A stretch of 50,684 nt of DNA from Candidatus Eiseniibacteriota bacterium (GCA_043810925.1 JBDRNT010000170.1:1-50684), one strand, 5' to 3'; shown: positions 1 through 11,600, numbered from the stretch's first letter. Translations and numbers: made by a program. The notes: a model not told the origin generated them from the sequence alone.

Positions 1-154
1 CTTTTCTATATCTCATAGTAAGTGGCCTTTCGTTGTGGGTTTAAAGTTGGCTTCCATACCTACTTTTTCCCACAGCGGGAGGCTTTTCTGCAAGTATGAA
101 GTGAGCGAAGTATCAGGATTTATGACGCATTGAGGTTAGTAAACCGTCGCCGAA

Positions 155-2365
155 TTACTCGATGCCGGCGAGAAGGCGGATAGCATCCTCGTCTCCCGGG
201 TTGAGCTCGAGAACCTTGTTGAACATTACTGCTGCACCTGCGCGATCACCCCTTAACAGCAGAACGAGGCCCAGGTTGCCGTATGTCTGATAGAGGTGCG
301 GCTTGCTTCTCGCAGCCGCTCGAAATTCGGCCTCGGCCATATCTCTCCTGCCCGTGCCCAGGTAGAGCAAGCCAAGGTTGTTTCGAGCCTCGGCGAAATC
401 CGGATAGAGCGCAAGTGCCCGCTTGAAGGCGATCTCTGCATCCTCAAAGCGCCCTGCTTCCCGGTAGACGAGGCCCAGGTTATTAAGACCGTCGGCATAG
501 TCGGGCTGAAGGGCAACGGCCTTTTCGTATGCAATGCCGGCCTGATCAAGCAAGCCACGGCTGGCATAGCAGCGGCCCAGGCCGATGTGCGGCATCGGCT
601 GATCCGGACGGAGCTCCATCGCCTTCCTGAAGCAATCCTCCGCGTCCTTCACGCGTCCCAGGTCCAGGTAGCACAATCCCAGATCGTTGTGAGCCGCAGC
701 ATAGTCAGGTCTGACCGCAAGGGCCTTTCTGAATTCAATGAGTGCCTGCTCAACACGTCCAGCATCTCGGTGGGTTTTCCCCACACGGTAATAGGTTTCG
801 GCATTTCCGCTTGCCATGTGTGCGGACTGGGCAAAATGGTGTGCCGCTTCATCCTTCTTTCCAGCCCATGATAGGACTTTTCCCAGATTGAGATGCATCC
901 TGGCCATGTACTCGGTGTCCAGGGATGCCTCAACCTCACTGAACGCTGTTCGCAGTGAACTGCCGTCCGGCACACTGGCGATAGCGACCAATCGTTCGTG
1001 TGCCAGCTTCTCTGCGATCTCAAGTGCCATGATCTGATTGCCTTCGATCGTGAGGTGAACATGATCAAGGAAGAAGCCGTTTCCGAGGATCTGACTCCCG
1101 GTCCTCCGGTGAGCGAGCTTCCTGAGGCAGGACCGCAGGTCCACGAGGGGCACCTGGTGTTTCTCACACACGCGCCTGATCGCGGCATTGATCTCACCCG
1201 GCGCTCTCAGAGGACAGACATCTTCATCCCGGGCCAATGAGTAGCAGCTTTCAGCCAGGACGGCTTCGCCCGCAGCATCAAAGCAGCTTGCGATCCTGAA
1301 CTGGAGCCCGGCGTGGCGACCGTCGATTTCAGCGGCTTCCCTGAATACGTCGATCGCCCCACCGATCTCGCCGGCCTCAGCTCTCTCGCAACCCAGGGCC
1401 CATAGACTGTCCCAGCGCACTTCATCTGCCGGTTTGAGGCCCTCGACATGAGATGACTTAAAGGGAGAGAAATCCCGGAGGTTCGAGACCGTGTTGACCA
1501 GCACCAACGGAATGCTGTGAGATTGAGCCATCTTGACTATCCGCTCGAGGTTCTGTTCGTAGTGACCGAGAACGTCCAGCCGGCGGGTATCATCCCGCAC
1601 GTAGTAGTCAAGTCCAGCTGTTCTATCAAGTATGGCATCCACTTCCGTGTCCATGATCGATCTGGTAGACACCGGGTCCGGACGGGGCGAGAATGCATAA
1701 AAGGCCGCCTGCAAGAGAGCGGTCAACTTCAGATGATCGAGAAAGACGCGAACGCGACCTTGCAGGTGAGGAACGTCACAGGGCCGCCTCTCAAGAAACT
1801 CATTGTGGCCGGTATAGACTACGAGCAAATCCGGCAGATAGCCTGATTCCAGCACTTCTTCAATCAGACCTGCCACACGATAGATTGCATAGGAGATGCC
1901 ACCGGCGTTTACAACCTCGAAGCGGTAACGTGATCCCGACGAATTCAGGATGAGCTCCAACCACCTTGGAAAAGCGGTTTCCCATCCATAAGGGCGCCCA
2001 TAGGTGGATGATCCCCCAAAACAGAATATGCGGAACGTCCCGGGTTCCTTGATCACCGGGAACTCCTGATAGTTTAAGAACGTGAGCTTGTCGGGATCGG
2101 TGGCGTACACGTCTTTGCCGGATGCATTTCCGGCCAACCGGTAGTGCGGTTGAGCAAGACCGGTATGATCCCCGCCATAGTCTGAGATACGGAGTGCCCC
2201 TTCGAGAAGTGCCAGAACGACGATAACGACAACCAATCCAAAGATGACTAAGAGAATCTTCTGGCTTTGAGTCGTGGTTCGTGGAGTGTTTTGGCCGGGA
2301 CGATCAGGATGCTGGGTGCACTTCCGGCGTTGGGTACGGGCCCTTCTGGGCCTAACGCGCCCCAT
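155..2365 (-). CDS. Membrane-anchored SGNH/GDSL-like hydrolase domain with C-terminal TPR array
   Basis: N-terminal TM helix; SGNH blocks GGSSTYG, NAGGISY, YTGHNE, DHVH; multiple TPRs (AHNDLGLCY, GLNNLGLVY, ARNNLGLLY). Confidence 0.85.
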   Translation of the reverse strand: MGRVRPRRARTQRRKCTQHPDRPGQNTPRTTTQSQKILLVIFGLVVVIVVLALLEGALRISDYGGDHTGLAQPHYRLAGNASGKDVYATDPDKLTFLNYQEFPVIKEPGTFRIFCFGGSSTYGRPYGWETAFPRWLELILNSSGSRYRFEVVNAGGISYAIYRVAGLIEEVLESGYLPDLLVVYTGHNEFLERRPCDVPHLQGRVRVFLDHLKLTALLQAAFYAFSPRPDPVSTRSIMDTEVDAILDRTAGLDYYVRDDTRRLDVLGHYEQNLERIVKMAQSHSIPLVLVNTVSNLRDFSPFKSSHVEGLKPADEVRWDSLWALGCERAEAGEIGGAIDVFREAAEIDGRHAGLQFRIASCFDAAGEAVLAESCYSLARDEDVCPLRAPGEINAAIRRVCEKHQVPLVDLRSCLRKLAHRRTGSQILGNGFFLDHVHLTIEGNQIMALEIAEKLAHERLVAIASVPDGSSLRTAFSEVEASLDTEYMARMHLNLGKVLSWAGKKDEAAHHFAQSAHMASGNAETYYRVGKTHRDAGRVEQALIEFRKALAVRPDYAAAHNDLGLCYLDLGRVKDAEDCFRKAMELRPDQPMPHIGLGRCYASRGLLDQAGIAYEKAVALQPDYADGLNNLGLVYREAGRFEDAEIAFKRALALYPDFAEARNNLGLLYLGTGRRDMAEAEFRAAARSKPHLYQTYGNLGLVLLLRGDRAGAAVMFNKVLELNPGDEDAIRLLAGIE

Positions 2366-2560
2366 GCCGCGCCACCTTCTTTCGAAAGGTTCCGGGCACC
2401 CCCGGCCGTCTATACCCGGCTTGGGAACAGGCGATGTGCCTGTCGAAAGTTTCCAGTGCCTGGTCGGAATTGGTCGGTCCAGGGGCCGGCCAGAACACTG
2501 TCTACCGGCGCATGCAATGCTCCGCTGTTCATCGACGGACCAGCCGTCGACTACAACAAA

Positions 2561-2589
2561 AGTCTACCAGATGCCGGCGTGGATATCAA
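2561..2589 (-). promoter_or_regulatory. Putative sigma70-type promoter for the SGNH-TPR gene
   Basis: Minus strand TTGATA-N17-TAGACT with TG upstream of the -10; a TCGACGG-N5-CCGTCGA inverted repeat (2532-2550) lies just downstream. Confidence 0.5.
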
Positions 2590-2615
2590 CTCCAAAAAGA
2601 CCGTGAGGTGGGTGA

Positions 2616-2758
2616 TAATTCGGTACCAGCTTACAAATTACGCCTGGGAGCAATGAAGCAGGGACCGAGCAGAGGTAATTTGTAAGGTAATTTGTAAGCT
2701 GGTACCGAATTACTTGGGACCGAGCAGAGGTAATTTGTAAGCTGGTACCGAATTACTT
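2616..2758. repeat. REP-like inverted/tandem repeat cluster
   Basis: 26-mer GTAATTTGTAAGCTGGTACCGAATTA at 2687-2712 and 2730-2755, with its exact reverse complement at 2616-2641; tandem unit GGGACCGAGCAGAG...AATTACTT at 2661-2715 and 2716-2758. Confidence 0.9.
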
Positions 2759-4180
2759 TACGACGGAGATTTTCCGGGTCTGGGAGAGACCCTCGGTGGC
2801 CAGCCTGCACACGTAGACTCCGGGTGATACCCGGTTGCCCGCGTTATCCTTCGTATCCCACACGACCTGAGACAGGCCCGCAGGGGCGTGGCCGTCTGTA
2901 AGCGACCTGATCTCCCGGCCGTGTACGTCGTATATTGTGAGGTGCGCGCTCTGGTCGGCCGGCAGCGTATAGCGGATGACTGTAGTCTCGCTGCACGGGT
3001 TCGGATAAGTCTGGTCCAGACTGACCAGCTGGGCCAGCGTATTGTCTCCCAAGTAGTCATCGGCCATCGGATCGAACTCGTCCCAGTCGTCGTCGTGCTG
3101 GCACTGCTGTCTGCCCCACCTGACGGTTCTTGCCTGTCCCGTTATAAACTCGTAGACACGTATGCCCGCATTGGTGGCCAGGTAGCAGTCGTTCCTCGCG
3201 CCGTAATAGAACAATGCAAGAATGACCTCGGGGTAGTTCACGTCCTTGATCTGACCCATGAACTCCTCCTGGCCCGCGCCGGTCCTGGTATTGTCCGTCA
3301 CGTCGACCCTGCCGTTCCATTCGATCCGGGGAAGTTCCCACTCCATGCCGCGGCGGATCGCGTCCTCTATTGCCGGATCTACAGGATTGTGGATCGCGTA
3401 CTGCTGGAGCTGCAAGAGCGACGTGGCCTGATAACTCGAGTCATGACCGCCGTGTTCGACGAAGACGCCGTCCTCACGTTGGGTGTCAAGCCCCATATCT
3501 ACGAAATTCCGGCCGATCTGTCTGAAGTTGTCGTCATCGAGAAGAATGCCCGCCAGTCCGAAAGCACAGGCATGGAAGAAGAAGCGGTTAGGGGCATCAG
3601 CAGCTGCAAGGGCGAGGTCGTTTTGTCCCTGCGCAAGCCAGGTTGCGGCTGACCTGATCTTCGGGAGAAGCTGGTTGATCTCGTCCTGATAGGCCGGACC
3701 TACCGAACTTCCCTGGAGGACCAGCAGTGCGTGGCAAAGTTTTGCCAGCCAGAAAGAGACACCCGAGAGATCATCGATCCGCGGGACCGCTTGCCCGGTC
3801 TCGAAATTGCCCGCCGGCGTCTGGCGGTCGAATGCAACATCGATCGCCCGCCAGGCGTCGGCGACCTGCGAGTGGTTGTCCCGGGCGGCCGCGACGGCCA
3901 GATAGAACATCGCGCCACGCTGGAAGACGACATGCGTCCACCCATTGCGGCTGTTGTACCCTATCATGCCGTTCGCATCGGGGCGGTTTCCACCCGCCAT
4001 ATGATCCATGATCTCCTGCGGCATCTCGTTGATCAGTCCGACCTCTATCTGGCCCGAACTCTGACCGTAGGCCGCCGTCCCGTAAAGACAGTAAAGACAT
4101 GTTATGAAAACGAAGAAACCGAGCCACCCGCCGATTGCGGCTTTCCGTCCGGGCGTACTTGTGCTTATGGCTGGTGTCAC
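2753..4180 (-). CDS. Secreted helical (putative alpha/alpha-toroid) enzyme with C-terminal FlgD-Ig / T9SS type A-like sorting domain
   Basis: Signal-like N-terminus; C-terminal LDQTYPNP...TIYDVHGREIR...VWD..DNAGNRVSPGVYVCRL...KISVVK; core paralogous to 13210-14328. Confidence 0.8.
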   Translation of the reverse strand: MTPAISTSTPGRKAAIGGWLGFFVFITCLYCLYGTAAYGQSSGQIEVGLINEMPQEIMDHMAGGNRPDANGMIGYNSRNGWTHVVFQRGAMFYLAVAAARDNHSQVADAWRAIDVAFDRQTPAGNFETGQAVPRIDDLSGVSFWLAKLCHALLVLQGSSVGPAYQDEINQLLPKIRSAATWLAQGQNDLALAAADAPNRFFFHACAFGLAGILLDDDNFRQIGRNFVDMGLDTQREDGVFVEHGGHDSSYQATSLLQLQQYAIHNPVDPAIEDAIRRGMEWELPRIEWNGRVDVTDNTRTGAGQEEFMGQIKDVNYPEVILALFYYGARNDCYLATNAGIRVYEFITGQARTVRWGRQQCQHDDDWDEFDPMADDYLGDNTLAQLVSLDQTYPNPCSETTVIRYTLPADQSAHLTIYDVHGREIRSLTDGHAPAGLSQVVWDTKDNAGNRVSPGVYVCRLATEGLSQTRKISVVK

Positions 4181-4450
4181 TTCGTCCGTATCTCCCTTTT
4201 CGGATCATCTTCTCCAACTTGCTACCGAAACCTTTGAATCGTTCGGTCGTATGGATGGTCTTGCAAGTCGTGTGCCGTCCGGGTGAGGTCGCCATAAGAG
4301 ATTCATATACCTTATGAAAAGAGGCGGAGGCCGGATTGGGGCCGGCCGTAGATCTGAGAAATCGGTGCATTGTGCACAGATTTTAGGCTTCAAGGATTGC
4401 AGAAGCGGAATTCCGGACCTACGAACGGAGCGAACTGGAGCTGGAGTAGG

Positions 4451-5557
4451 CTAGTTCTTAAGAAAGGTGATTATCTCCGAACATACGCGCTCAATCTGCT
4501 CATCTGATGTCTCGGGGCACATGGGCAGCGAGAGTATCTGCCTCGCATGGGCTTCGGAGATGGGGAAATCCCCCTCGGAGTAACCGAGGTGCCGGTATGC
4601 CTTGGTCATGTGCAGCGGAATCGGATAGTGAATACCCACAGAGATACCGCTATCAATGAGATGGGTACGCAATGCATCCCGTTTCTTTGTTCTGATAACA
4701 TACAGATGATAGACATGGCGAACATGGTTCTTCGTAGCCGGTACGACTACGTCCGCATCACTCAACAGCCGGTTGTATAAGTCCGCTCTGTTTCGTCTTG
4801 TATCATTCCACTCGGCCAGGTGTCTGAGTTTCACCCGCAGGACGGCCCCCTGGATCTCATCCATTCTGCTGTTGAGGCCCTCCATCTCATGATCGTGCTT
4901 CTCTGACCTGCCGTGATTTCTCAACATGCCTATCCTGCGGGCGATCTCAGGGTCACTTGTGACTACGGCCCCACTGTCACCATATGCACCGAGGTTCTTG
5001 CCGGGGTAGAAGCTGAAGCATGCGACTTCTCCCAGGCTACCCGCCCTCCGGCCATTGTATTCAGCGCCATGGGCCTGGGCGGCATCCTCGATCACCCTGA
5101 GTCCGTGCTTTGCTGCGAGCTCGTTTATCGGATCCATGTCGGCGGTCTGCCCGAAAAGATGTACGGGAATGACTGCCTTGGTTTTCGGTGTAATTCGTCG
5201 CTCCAGATCTGACACATCCATGTTGTAAGTATCCGGATCGATTTCCGCGAACACGACCTGGCCTCTGGTCGAGGAAACAGCCTCTGCCGTAGCGATAAAA
5301 GTGTTGGCAGGAACGATCACCTCGTCGCCGTCACCTACATCGCAGGCCAGGAGGGCCAACGTCAATGCTTCGGTGCCGTTCGCAACGCCCAAAGCGTGCT
5401 TGGCCCCGCAGAATTCAGCGAATTCCTTCTCGAACTCCTTGACGTTCCGGCCAAGTATGAAATTGCAGTCGGCCAGCACCGGCTCAATAGCTGCACGGAT
5501 CTCGTTCTCGATGGAACGGTACTGTGACTTCAGATCTACAAGCGGGATCTTATCCAT
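4451..5557 (-). CDS. DegT/DnrJ/EryC1/StrS PLP sugar aminotransferase (WbpE-like role)
   Basis: [29 protein letters not shown] (PLP lysine), NSRMDEIQ. Confidence 0.95.
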   Translation of the reverse strand: MDKIPLVDLKSQYRSIENEIRAAIEPVLADCNFILGRNVKEFEKEFAEFCGAKHALGVANGTEALTLALLACDVGDGDEVIVPANTFIATAEAVSSTRGQVVFAEIDPDTYNMDVSDLERRITPKTKAVIPVHLFGQTADMDPINELAAKHGLRVIEDAAQAHGAEYNGRRAGSLGEVACFSFYPGKNLGAYGDSGAVVTSDPEIARRIGMLRNHGRSEKHDHEMEGLNSRMDEIQGAVLRVKLRHLAEWNDTRRNRADLYNRLLSDADVVVPATKNHVRHVYHLYVIRTKKRDALRTHLIDSGISVGIHYPIPLHMTKAYRHLGYSEGDFPISEAHARQILSLPMCPETSDEQIERVCSEIITFLKN

Positions 5558-5561
5558 TTCT

Positions 5562-6215
5562 TCAATCGTCCTCTCGGTAGGGCCTGTCTATCAACTCAAA
5601 GGGACAACCCAGTTCGAATATACTGCCGACGACTTTCGACGGTCTCGACATCAATACGGCATTTGGCGGAACATCCTTCATAACCACACAGCCCGCACCA
5701 ACCAGCGCCCGTTCTCCGACAACGACCCTGGGATACAACGTCACGCTGGCCCCGATTATGGCTCTTTTCTTGATAGTCGGCCCGAGCAGGCACTCCTTGA
5801 CCTTAGGACAGAGAGGATGGAAGGTGTTGGTGGTGATCACCTGCGGGCCCAACCAGCAGCCCTCCTCAAGAAAGGAGTACTCGGCGATGCCTGTCTGGCC
5901 CTGTATCCGCACATTGTCGCCGATTTCGACGTGATGCTCAACGCCGCACTGGGTCCCGATGCTGACGTTGTTTCCGATCGTGTTGGCTTCTCTCATGAAT
6001 ACCTGGTGACCGCACTGGAAATCGTCGCCGATCACGTTGCCTGCATAGATGACCGAGTGCGAGCGAATAACTGCTCCGTTGCCGATGATGGTTTCCACCT
6101 CCCCCGGTTCTTTTCCTCTGAGGGGATGGCCGATAATGACGTAGTCACCGATGATAGCCCCTTCACCTATTCTTACATTAGGGTATATTTTATAAGTCTT
6201 CACTTCCAACTCCAA
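5562..6215 (-). CDS. Hexapeptide-repeat sugar N-acyltransferase (WbpD-like)
   Basis: Left-handed beta-helix repeats ([22 protein letters not shown]), [15 protein letters not shown]; start codon approximate. Confidence 0.88.
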   Translation of the reverse strand: MELEVKTYKIYPNVRIGEGAIIGDYVIIGHPLRGKEPGEVETIIGNGAVIRSHSVIYAGNVIGDDFQCGHQVFMREANTIGNNVSIGTQCGVEHHVEIGDNVRIQGQTGIAEYSFLEEGCWLGPQVITTNTFHPLCPKVKECLLGPTIKKRAIIGASVTLYPRVVVGERALVGAGCVVMKDVPPNAVLMSRPSKVVGSIFELGCPFELIDRPYREDD

Positions 6216-6295
6216 TCACGGCCTTCCGGGCATCGTCTTTCCAGAGAATATACCATAATCATGTGCATAAACGCCACACCGTACCGCTCGCCCGA

Positions 6296-7429
6296 CTATG
6301 TCTCGAAGTACTTTTCATAGACGGTTTCGGGCACGAGTTTCAACTTGCAGAGGATCTTTATCGGGGTCTTAAATACCTTCATCATCGAGTAGTAGGTCGG
6401 GTAATCGACAAAGTCCTTGCTTGCCGTTGACATCGTCTCGGCCAGATCCTCGCGGGTCATCCCCAGCTGTTTCAGGCAGTAGTCGATGCCGTTCCAGTCC
6501 TCCCCGATCGGTTCCTCTTCCAGTTTCCTCAGTGCCGATTCGCGGGTCATCTCTTTTGACCGTACAAGCGCCGAGTACGAGACCTTTCTTGGATCGACAC
6601 CGAATTTCCTGTTCCGGATATGCAGCGCTAGCGGCTTGTACAGACAGTCGAAATGGTGTCCGCCGCCGTCTACCCAGTTGAATTTCTCCTTTATGACCTC
6701 CCCGATACGTTCATTATTGTATTCGATATACAGGGGCAGCTGGATGACCTTTATCTTCTTGATCAAAGCATAGTTAAGGAGGTTGGGGATCGTGGTCTTG
6801 TTGTAATCCCCCGTATCGAGATCGGCGAATTTCTTGACGATATGTTCGAAGTACTTCCCATCTATATAGTTCCATTTGAGCGGCACGATGCCCTCTGTCC
6901 TGAAGGACGCACCGAGTACGATGTACTTGATACCCTCTTCAACGGCGGTCTTGTAGAGGTAGGAGATGGTTCCGACAAAGCACGGGCCGCAGACGCTGGG
7001 GACCGAGGCCTTGAGAAAGGCCGAATACATCGGGCCGAGCTCCTGCCAATCGGTGGTGATGACCTTGAGGTCGACGTCGAGCGCTTCGACGACCTTCCGG
7101 ACATTTTCCTGAGCGACGCCTGCATGCCACCCATTGTTGACGCAGACAGCGAGTGGTCTCAAACCGAGTTCCTTTGCCTTGTAAAGACAATAGGTGCTGT
7201 CTCTTCCGCCGCTGATGCCGACGATACAGTCGTATTTCCTTCCCTTGCCTGTATCCTTGATCTTCTCCAGCATTCGGCTGAACTTGCGCTTATTGGATTC
7301 GCTCAGCTCATATGTCTTCTCCAGCCGGTCATGCATGTGGCAGTAGTTGCAGACACCGTTCTCATCGAAGCGAATACCCGGGACAGTTGAATCAAGGACA
7401 CACCTGACACAAGTTCGCTGTTCACTCAT
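6296..7429 (-). CDS. N-acetyl sugar amidotransferase (WbpG/PseA-like PP-loop ATPase)
   Basis: CVRCVLD...GVCNYC, YDCIVGISGGRDS PP-loop, HFDC; ATG at 7429 has a GGGGGTG RBS (ORF track starts at 7477). Confidence 0.9.
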   Translation of the reverse strand: MSEQRTCVRCVLDSTVPGIRFDENGVCNYCHMHDRLEKTYELSESNKRKFSRMLEKIKDTGKGRKYDCIVGISGGRDSTYCLYKAKELGLRPLAVCVNNGWHAGVAQENVRKVVEALDVDLKVITTDWQELGPMYSAFLKASVPSVCGPCFVGTISYLYKTAVEEGIKYIVLGASFRTEGIVPLKWNYIDGKYFEHIVKKFADLDTGDYNKTTIPNLLNYALIKKIKVIQLPLYIEYNNERIGEVIKEKFNWVDGGGHHFDCLYKPLALHIRNRKFGVDPRKVSYSALVRSKEMTRESALRKLEEEPIGEDWNGIDYCLKQLGMTREDLAETMSTASKDFVDYPTYYSMMKVFKTPIKILCKLKLVPETVYEKYFET

Positions 7430-7531
7430 TGCGCGGTCACCCCCTGGACATTTCTTCTTATGATAGTATGATGCCAAGGCTGGCGAGAGGTTACGGCCTT
7501 CATGGGGGACGCAATGCGCGGTGGTTCAAGG

Positions 7532-8605
7532 CTATGGACGTTCATTGCCGACTCCCAATTTTGACCTGCGCGGCACAAAGCGTTCCAGGAATACTTCTTC
7601 CCCGGTTTCCACGGATTCGTAGAGAGCGGTTACCAGCTTCAGGGCCTTCCTTGCCTCACATCCGGTTATTGATCCGTCTCTACCGTCGCGTATGCAGTCT
7701 ATAACATCTTCAAAGAACTTGATATGCGCGTAGCCGTAGATGTTGCGTGGATTGCGTGCGTACTTGCTTATGATGTCCTCATCGTCCGGTGATGGATTCG
7801 CGAAGTTCCAGGTCTTGAGCTGGTCCACGGCAAAGCCCCCGACCTCGACAGCACCCTTCTCGCCGAGAATGCTCAGCGAGCCCTCGAGATCCACAGGTCT
7901 GGCGCAGGTCGTCGCCTCGATTGCCCCAAGAGCACCATTCTTGAACTTCACGATTGCCAGTGCGAGGTCTTCAGCCTCTATATCGACGAGCATTGTGCCG
8001 GCCTTGGCCACGACGCTTTCCACCGGCCCCATCATCCACTGGAGAAGATCTATGTGATGGCTGGCCTGGTTGGCAAGGACTCCACCGTCCAGGGCCCAGG
8101 TTCCGCGCCAGCTGTCGCGGTCGTAGTAGTCCTGCCGCCTGCACCACCGGACCCTGATCGTTCCGAGGATCAGCCGGCCGAAGCGCCCGTTATCCAGTGC
8201 TCCGCGAAGCTGCTGTATCGGCATGTTATACCGGTTTTGCTTTACCACGAAGATCTTCACCTTGTTCTCTTCACAAGCCCTTATCAAAGCGTCGGCGTCT
8301 TCCATTCGCAGGGCCAGCGGCTTCTCGACGATCATATGCTTGTGCATTTTCGCGACCTCGACCCCGATTTCGGCATGAAGCCCGGAAGGGGTGAGGATGT
8401 CGACTACATCCACCGGCTCGGTTGCCAGCATCTCGGCGAAGTCGGTATAGCTCGGGATCGAGTACATCTGGCCGCAACGCTGAGCCCGTTCCTTGTCGGC
8501 ATCGGCGACCGCAATCAGATTGGCCCCGTCGATGTTACTAAGTAGTTTTGCGTGTTTCTCGGCGATCTTCCCGCAGCCGATCAGTGCGAAGTTCAGACTT
8601 TTCAT
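7532..8605 (-). CDS. wbpB: Gfo/Idh/MocA oxidoreductase, UDP-GlcNAcA 3-dehydrogenase (WbpB/WlbA-like)
   Basis: GCGKIA, TPSGLH, EKPLAL, VKQNRYN, RWCRRQDYYD..WRGTWALDGGVLANQASHHIDLLQW. Confidence 0.88.
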   Translation of the reverse strand: MKSLNFALIGCGKIAEKHAKLLSNIDGANLIAVADADKERAQRCGQMYSIPSYTDFAEMLATEPVDVVDILTPSGLHAEIGVEVAKMHKHMIVEKPLALRMEDADALIRACEENKVKIFVVKQNRYNMPIQQLRGALDNGRFGRLILGTIRVRWCRRQDYYDRDSWRGTWALDGGVLANQASHHIDLLQWMMGPVESVVAKAGTMLVDIEAEDLALAIVKFKNGALGAIEATTCARPVDLEGSLSILGEKGAVEVGGFAVDQLKTWNFANPSPDDEDIISKYARNPRNIYGYAHIKFFEDVIDCIRDGRDGSITGCEARKALKLVTALYESVETGEEVFLERFVPRRSKLGVGNERP

Positions 8606-8623
8606 CGTCCTTGGTTTCCTGGT

Positions 8624-11600
8624 TCAGTCGAAGTAGTATCGTTCATAACCCAGGTGCTGTGGCGCATCGTACACCCCGTTACCCGCATCCCAGAGAAACA
8701 CCGTGCAAAGGAAAGGCTGATACACGACCTTGGTGTTCTTGGTTATGAAATCAACGAGGTCCGCGTCGAACGCCTTTAGCCGCAGATCGCTGATTATGAT
8801 CCATGCCCGCTCGTTCTCGTTAAAGACAGTCCTCAGCTTGTCTATGCTGTCAACGATCGTGGCACCGCCGCGCCTATCGATCATGATGCCTTCCTTCTTA
8901 AAGATCTCATCGGCCAGACCCTTCTGGAGGAGGTAATAGTCAACCTTACCCGTAATGTTCGCGACGGCACCCGGATGGTGCCCCGCTATTACTATATCGG
9001 TCGGAAACATGTGTTGTTTAACGAATTCCTGAGCAAATGTGTCACCCCTGTTTATCCTTGAGGAATACGATTGAATAATTCGCATCGGCTGGAATGAAAT
9101 AAGCAGGGTCCCAACAATTATACCCAGCATGCTCTTCTGGAGGAAAGGCACGGCCCTGAGGACCGACGGGAGCGGCGCACCGCCATCGCGGTGAAAGGCG
9201 GATATCTCTCTGATGATTCCGAAGATGCTGACGCAGGCCAGAAGACTGTAGAACGTATAGATCTCCGATATGTAGCGCAGACCTATCTGCAAGACCGCGA
9301 CCGTCACGGCAGCTATGGTTACAAGCACAAGTCCGTAAGTGAAAAGGACTATCTTGTCCTTTTTCAAGAAGTAAAGTGGCAGTCCCAACAGGAAGAAGAA
9401 CGATAGAATTACATGAAGTCTGTTATATCCCACAAACATCGTCAACGCGAGTTCGTAGATCCTGTAGATATGGGGAGTTACAACCGACATGCTCGTTGGC
9501 GAAATCGCAACGGGAGGCGTGAGGCATACCAACATGAAGATCATGATGTTGGTTATCACGAGTGCACCTACTATGAAAAGCCCTGCGATCACGGGGAACT
9601 TCTCTCTCCAGCTGGTCCGCGGAGCGAAAAACAGGTAACTCAGGAAGAAAGCGGCGATAAGCGTGACTCCAACTTCCTGGCTTAAGAATGTGAGGGTGAA
9701 AGCTCCGAGGGCAAGGTACTGGTAACGCCGGTTGGTGTCGACAACGAACCCCTTGATGAAGAGGTATGCGCAAAGGAGGCCGAAGAACTGGAACTGCTGG
9801 TAGAACCTCAGGGAGCGACCCATGAAGATCGCCCAGGGAGAAACTGCCAGCAGGAAGGCCGCCAGCAAGGGGGCCTTCCTGTCTCCTAAGAACCTCTCTC
9901 CGTACCGGTACAGGAGAGGTATGGTCAGAATGCCGAAAAGTGCGGACGACAGGCGGCCGGTAAAACGAGTGAGGCCCAGTACCTTGATAAAGACGGCGGC
10001 CAGGTAGTGATAGGCCGGTCCACGGGTATAGTAGACCCCGGACGGATATTCAGGCAGGCCAGTCTTGATTATCCCCATGATCGGCGTCAGCGAGGAGCTC
10101 TCATCACTGTGGTAGCCCTCGGTACCCAGGCCCTTAAGCCGAAGATAGGCCCCCATCAGCATAATAAGTGCCAGCATGACGCCATAACGGTGATCGAGAA
10201 TGAAGGTCCAGAGGTCCGTTATGACTCCGGGGTTAGATGGACCGATAGTCGATCGATCGATCCGGCTTGGTTTCGCCTGCCGGCCGATCCGGGTGCCGAA
10301 CACAAGGTAGGCCTTGAAGAGAAGCATTGCCAGGATGCTGACAACCGTTACCGTCTGCCAGAGTGCGGGGGTGTAGAAGAGTATTTTGTGATGATTTACC
10401 CCGAATCTGAATTTGAGCAGCAGCACGCACGCCATCAGGACGATCGGGATCCAGTAACATATGACCGCCGCCTTCATGGCCTCCAGAATTCCGACTTCGG
10501 CCCGGCGTGAAAGGTAGGCTGAGAACGCAAGCCAGACGAGCAGGAAACCACCGAGACATATGAGCCAATACATAGCCAGGCGTTTGTAGTAGCCCATCCC
10601 CGTGAGCGCACTGCCGGCGTATTTCTTGGTCACCGTCTCAAGGAAATCCAGACTCGGTTTACCACGTGATGCTGCAAAGGACTCGAAACTGCCCCGCTCT
10701 TTCTGTTGTGTCCAGCCGTACTTCACCGATTGGCTTGTCTCCCAACTCGCATCGGTTGCAATGGTAAGCGCTGTGCCTTCCTTCGTCCGGACGAGACCGT
10801 CCAGAAGCAGCTCCGATGGAGCCGACCGCGCCCCGGCCGACGATACATGCTCTTCAGCGCCTCGTGCATGAACCGCTATCGTGTTAGGGCCGCGGCGGAG
10901 CAGCGGTCCCACACTGTACATGAAAACGGGATGGTCCACCCCGGCCCTTGCGGCAAGGACGCCGTTTATGAAAAGATCGTAGCTCCCGTCGGCGGCGATC
11001 CTGATCCAGGCATCTTCGATCTCGGAATCGACCACGAACCGCTTCCTGAAGTAGCTGTCGATACCCGGTGCAAGCGGGTTCCAGATCCACTCACCGGCCA
11101 GCGGCCGGCGGTACATCTCCGGGTCAAGCCTGGTCACGATCTTTCCCCTGGGACCGTCAACGGGCAGCGCATACGTCCAGCGGGTATCCGTGAACTCGAG
11201 CTGGTGCCAGGGAAGTCCCAGTTCCGTCTCCGGGAGGCTGGAGGCCTTCCAGGTGCTGTCCGAACTCAGCGGGTACGTTTCACCGAGGATATCCTCTACC
11301 TCACCGTCAAGCACGAAGCGGGCGGAGCTCCGGTCCGTCTGAACTGCGACCCCCAGCACGTTCTTGCCGACCTTGAGCAGAGATGTGATGTCGTAGAATG
11401 TGGCTATCGTCCAGTCTCTGGGACTCCTCCATTGGGCTTCGGGTGGGTTTCTTATGGGGAACGGGATCTGTCGTCCGATCTTCTGTCCCCTTTCCGACTG
11501 GGCCTCCTGGCAGGGGGACGTGTTTGAGAGGAGGTTTTCTTCCCAACCGACGCGGTCCCCGTTGAGGTAAAGTATGTAGTCGTTGTCGGCACTAATCTGG

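Noticed and set aside
1-30. Possible minus-strand gene start (ATG at 16, MRYRK, AAAGG upstream) running off the left edge
   Set aside because: Only five codons are visible, so it cannot be supported
2616-2758. CRISPR array
   Set aside because: Copies are in mixed orientation, the intervening sequences are duplicated rather than unique spacers, and no cas genes are present
5301-6320. 339-aa plus-strand ORF
   Set aside because: Antisense shadow of the acyltransferase and aminotransferase, with no motifs
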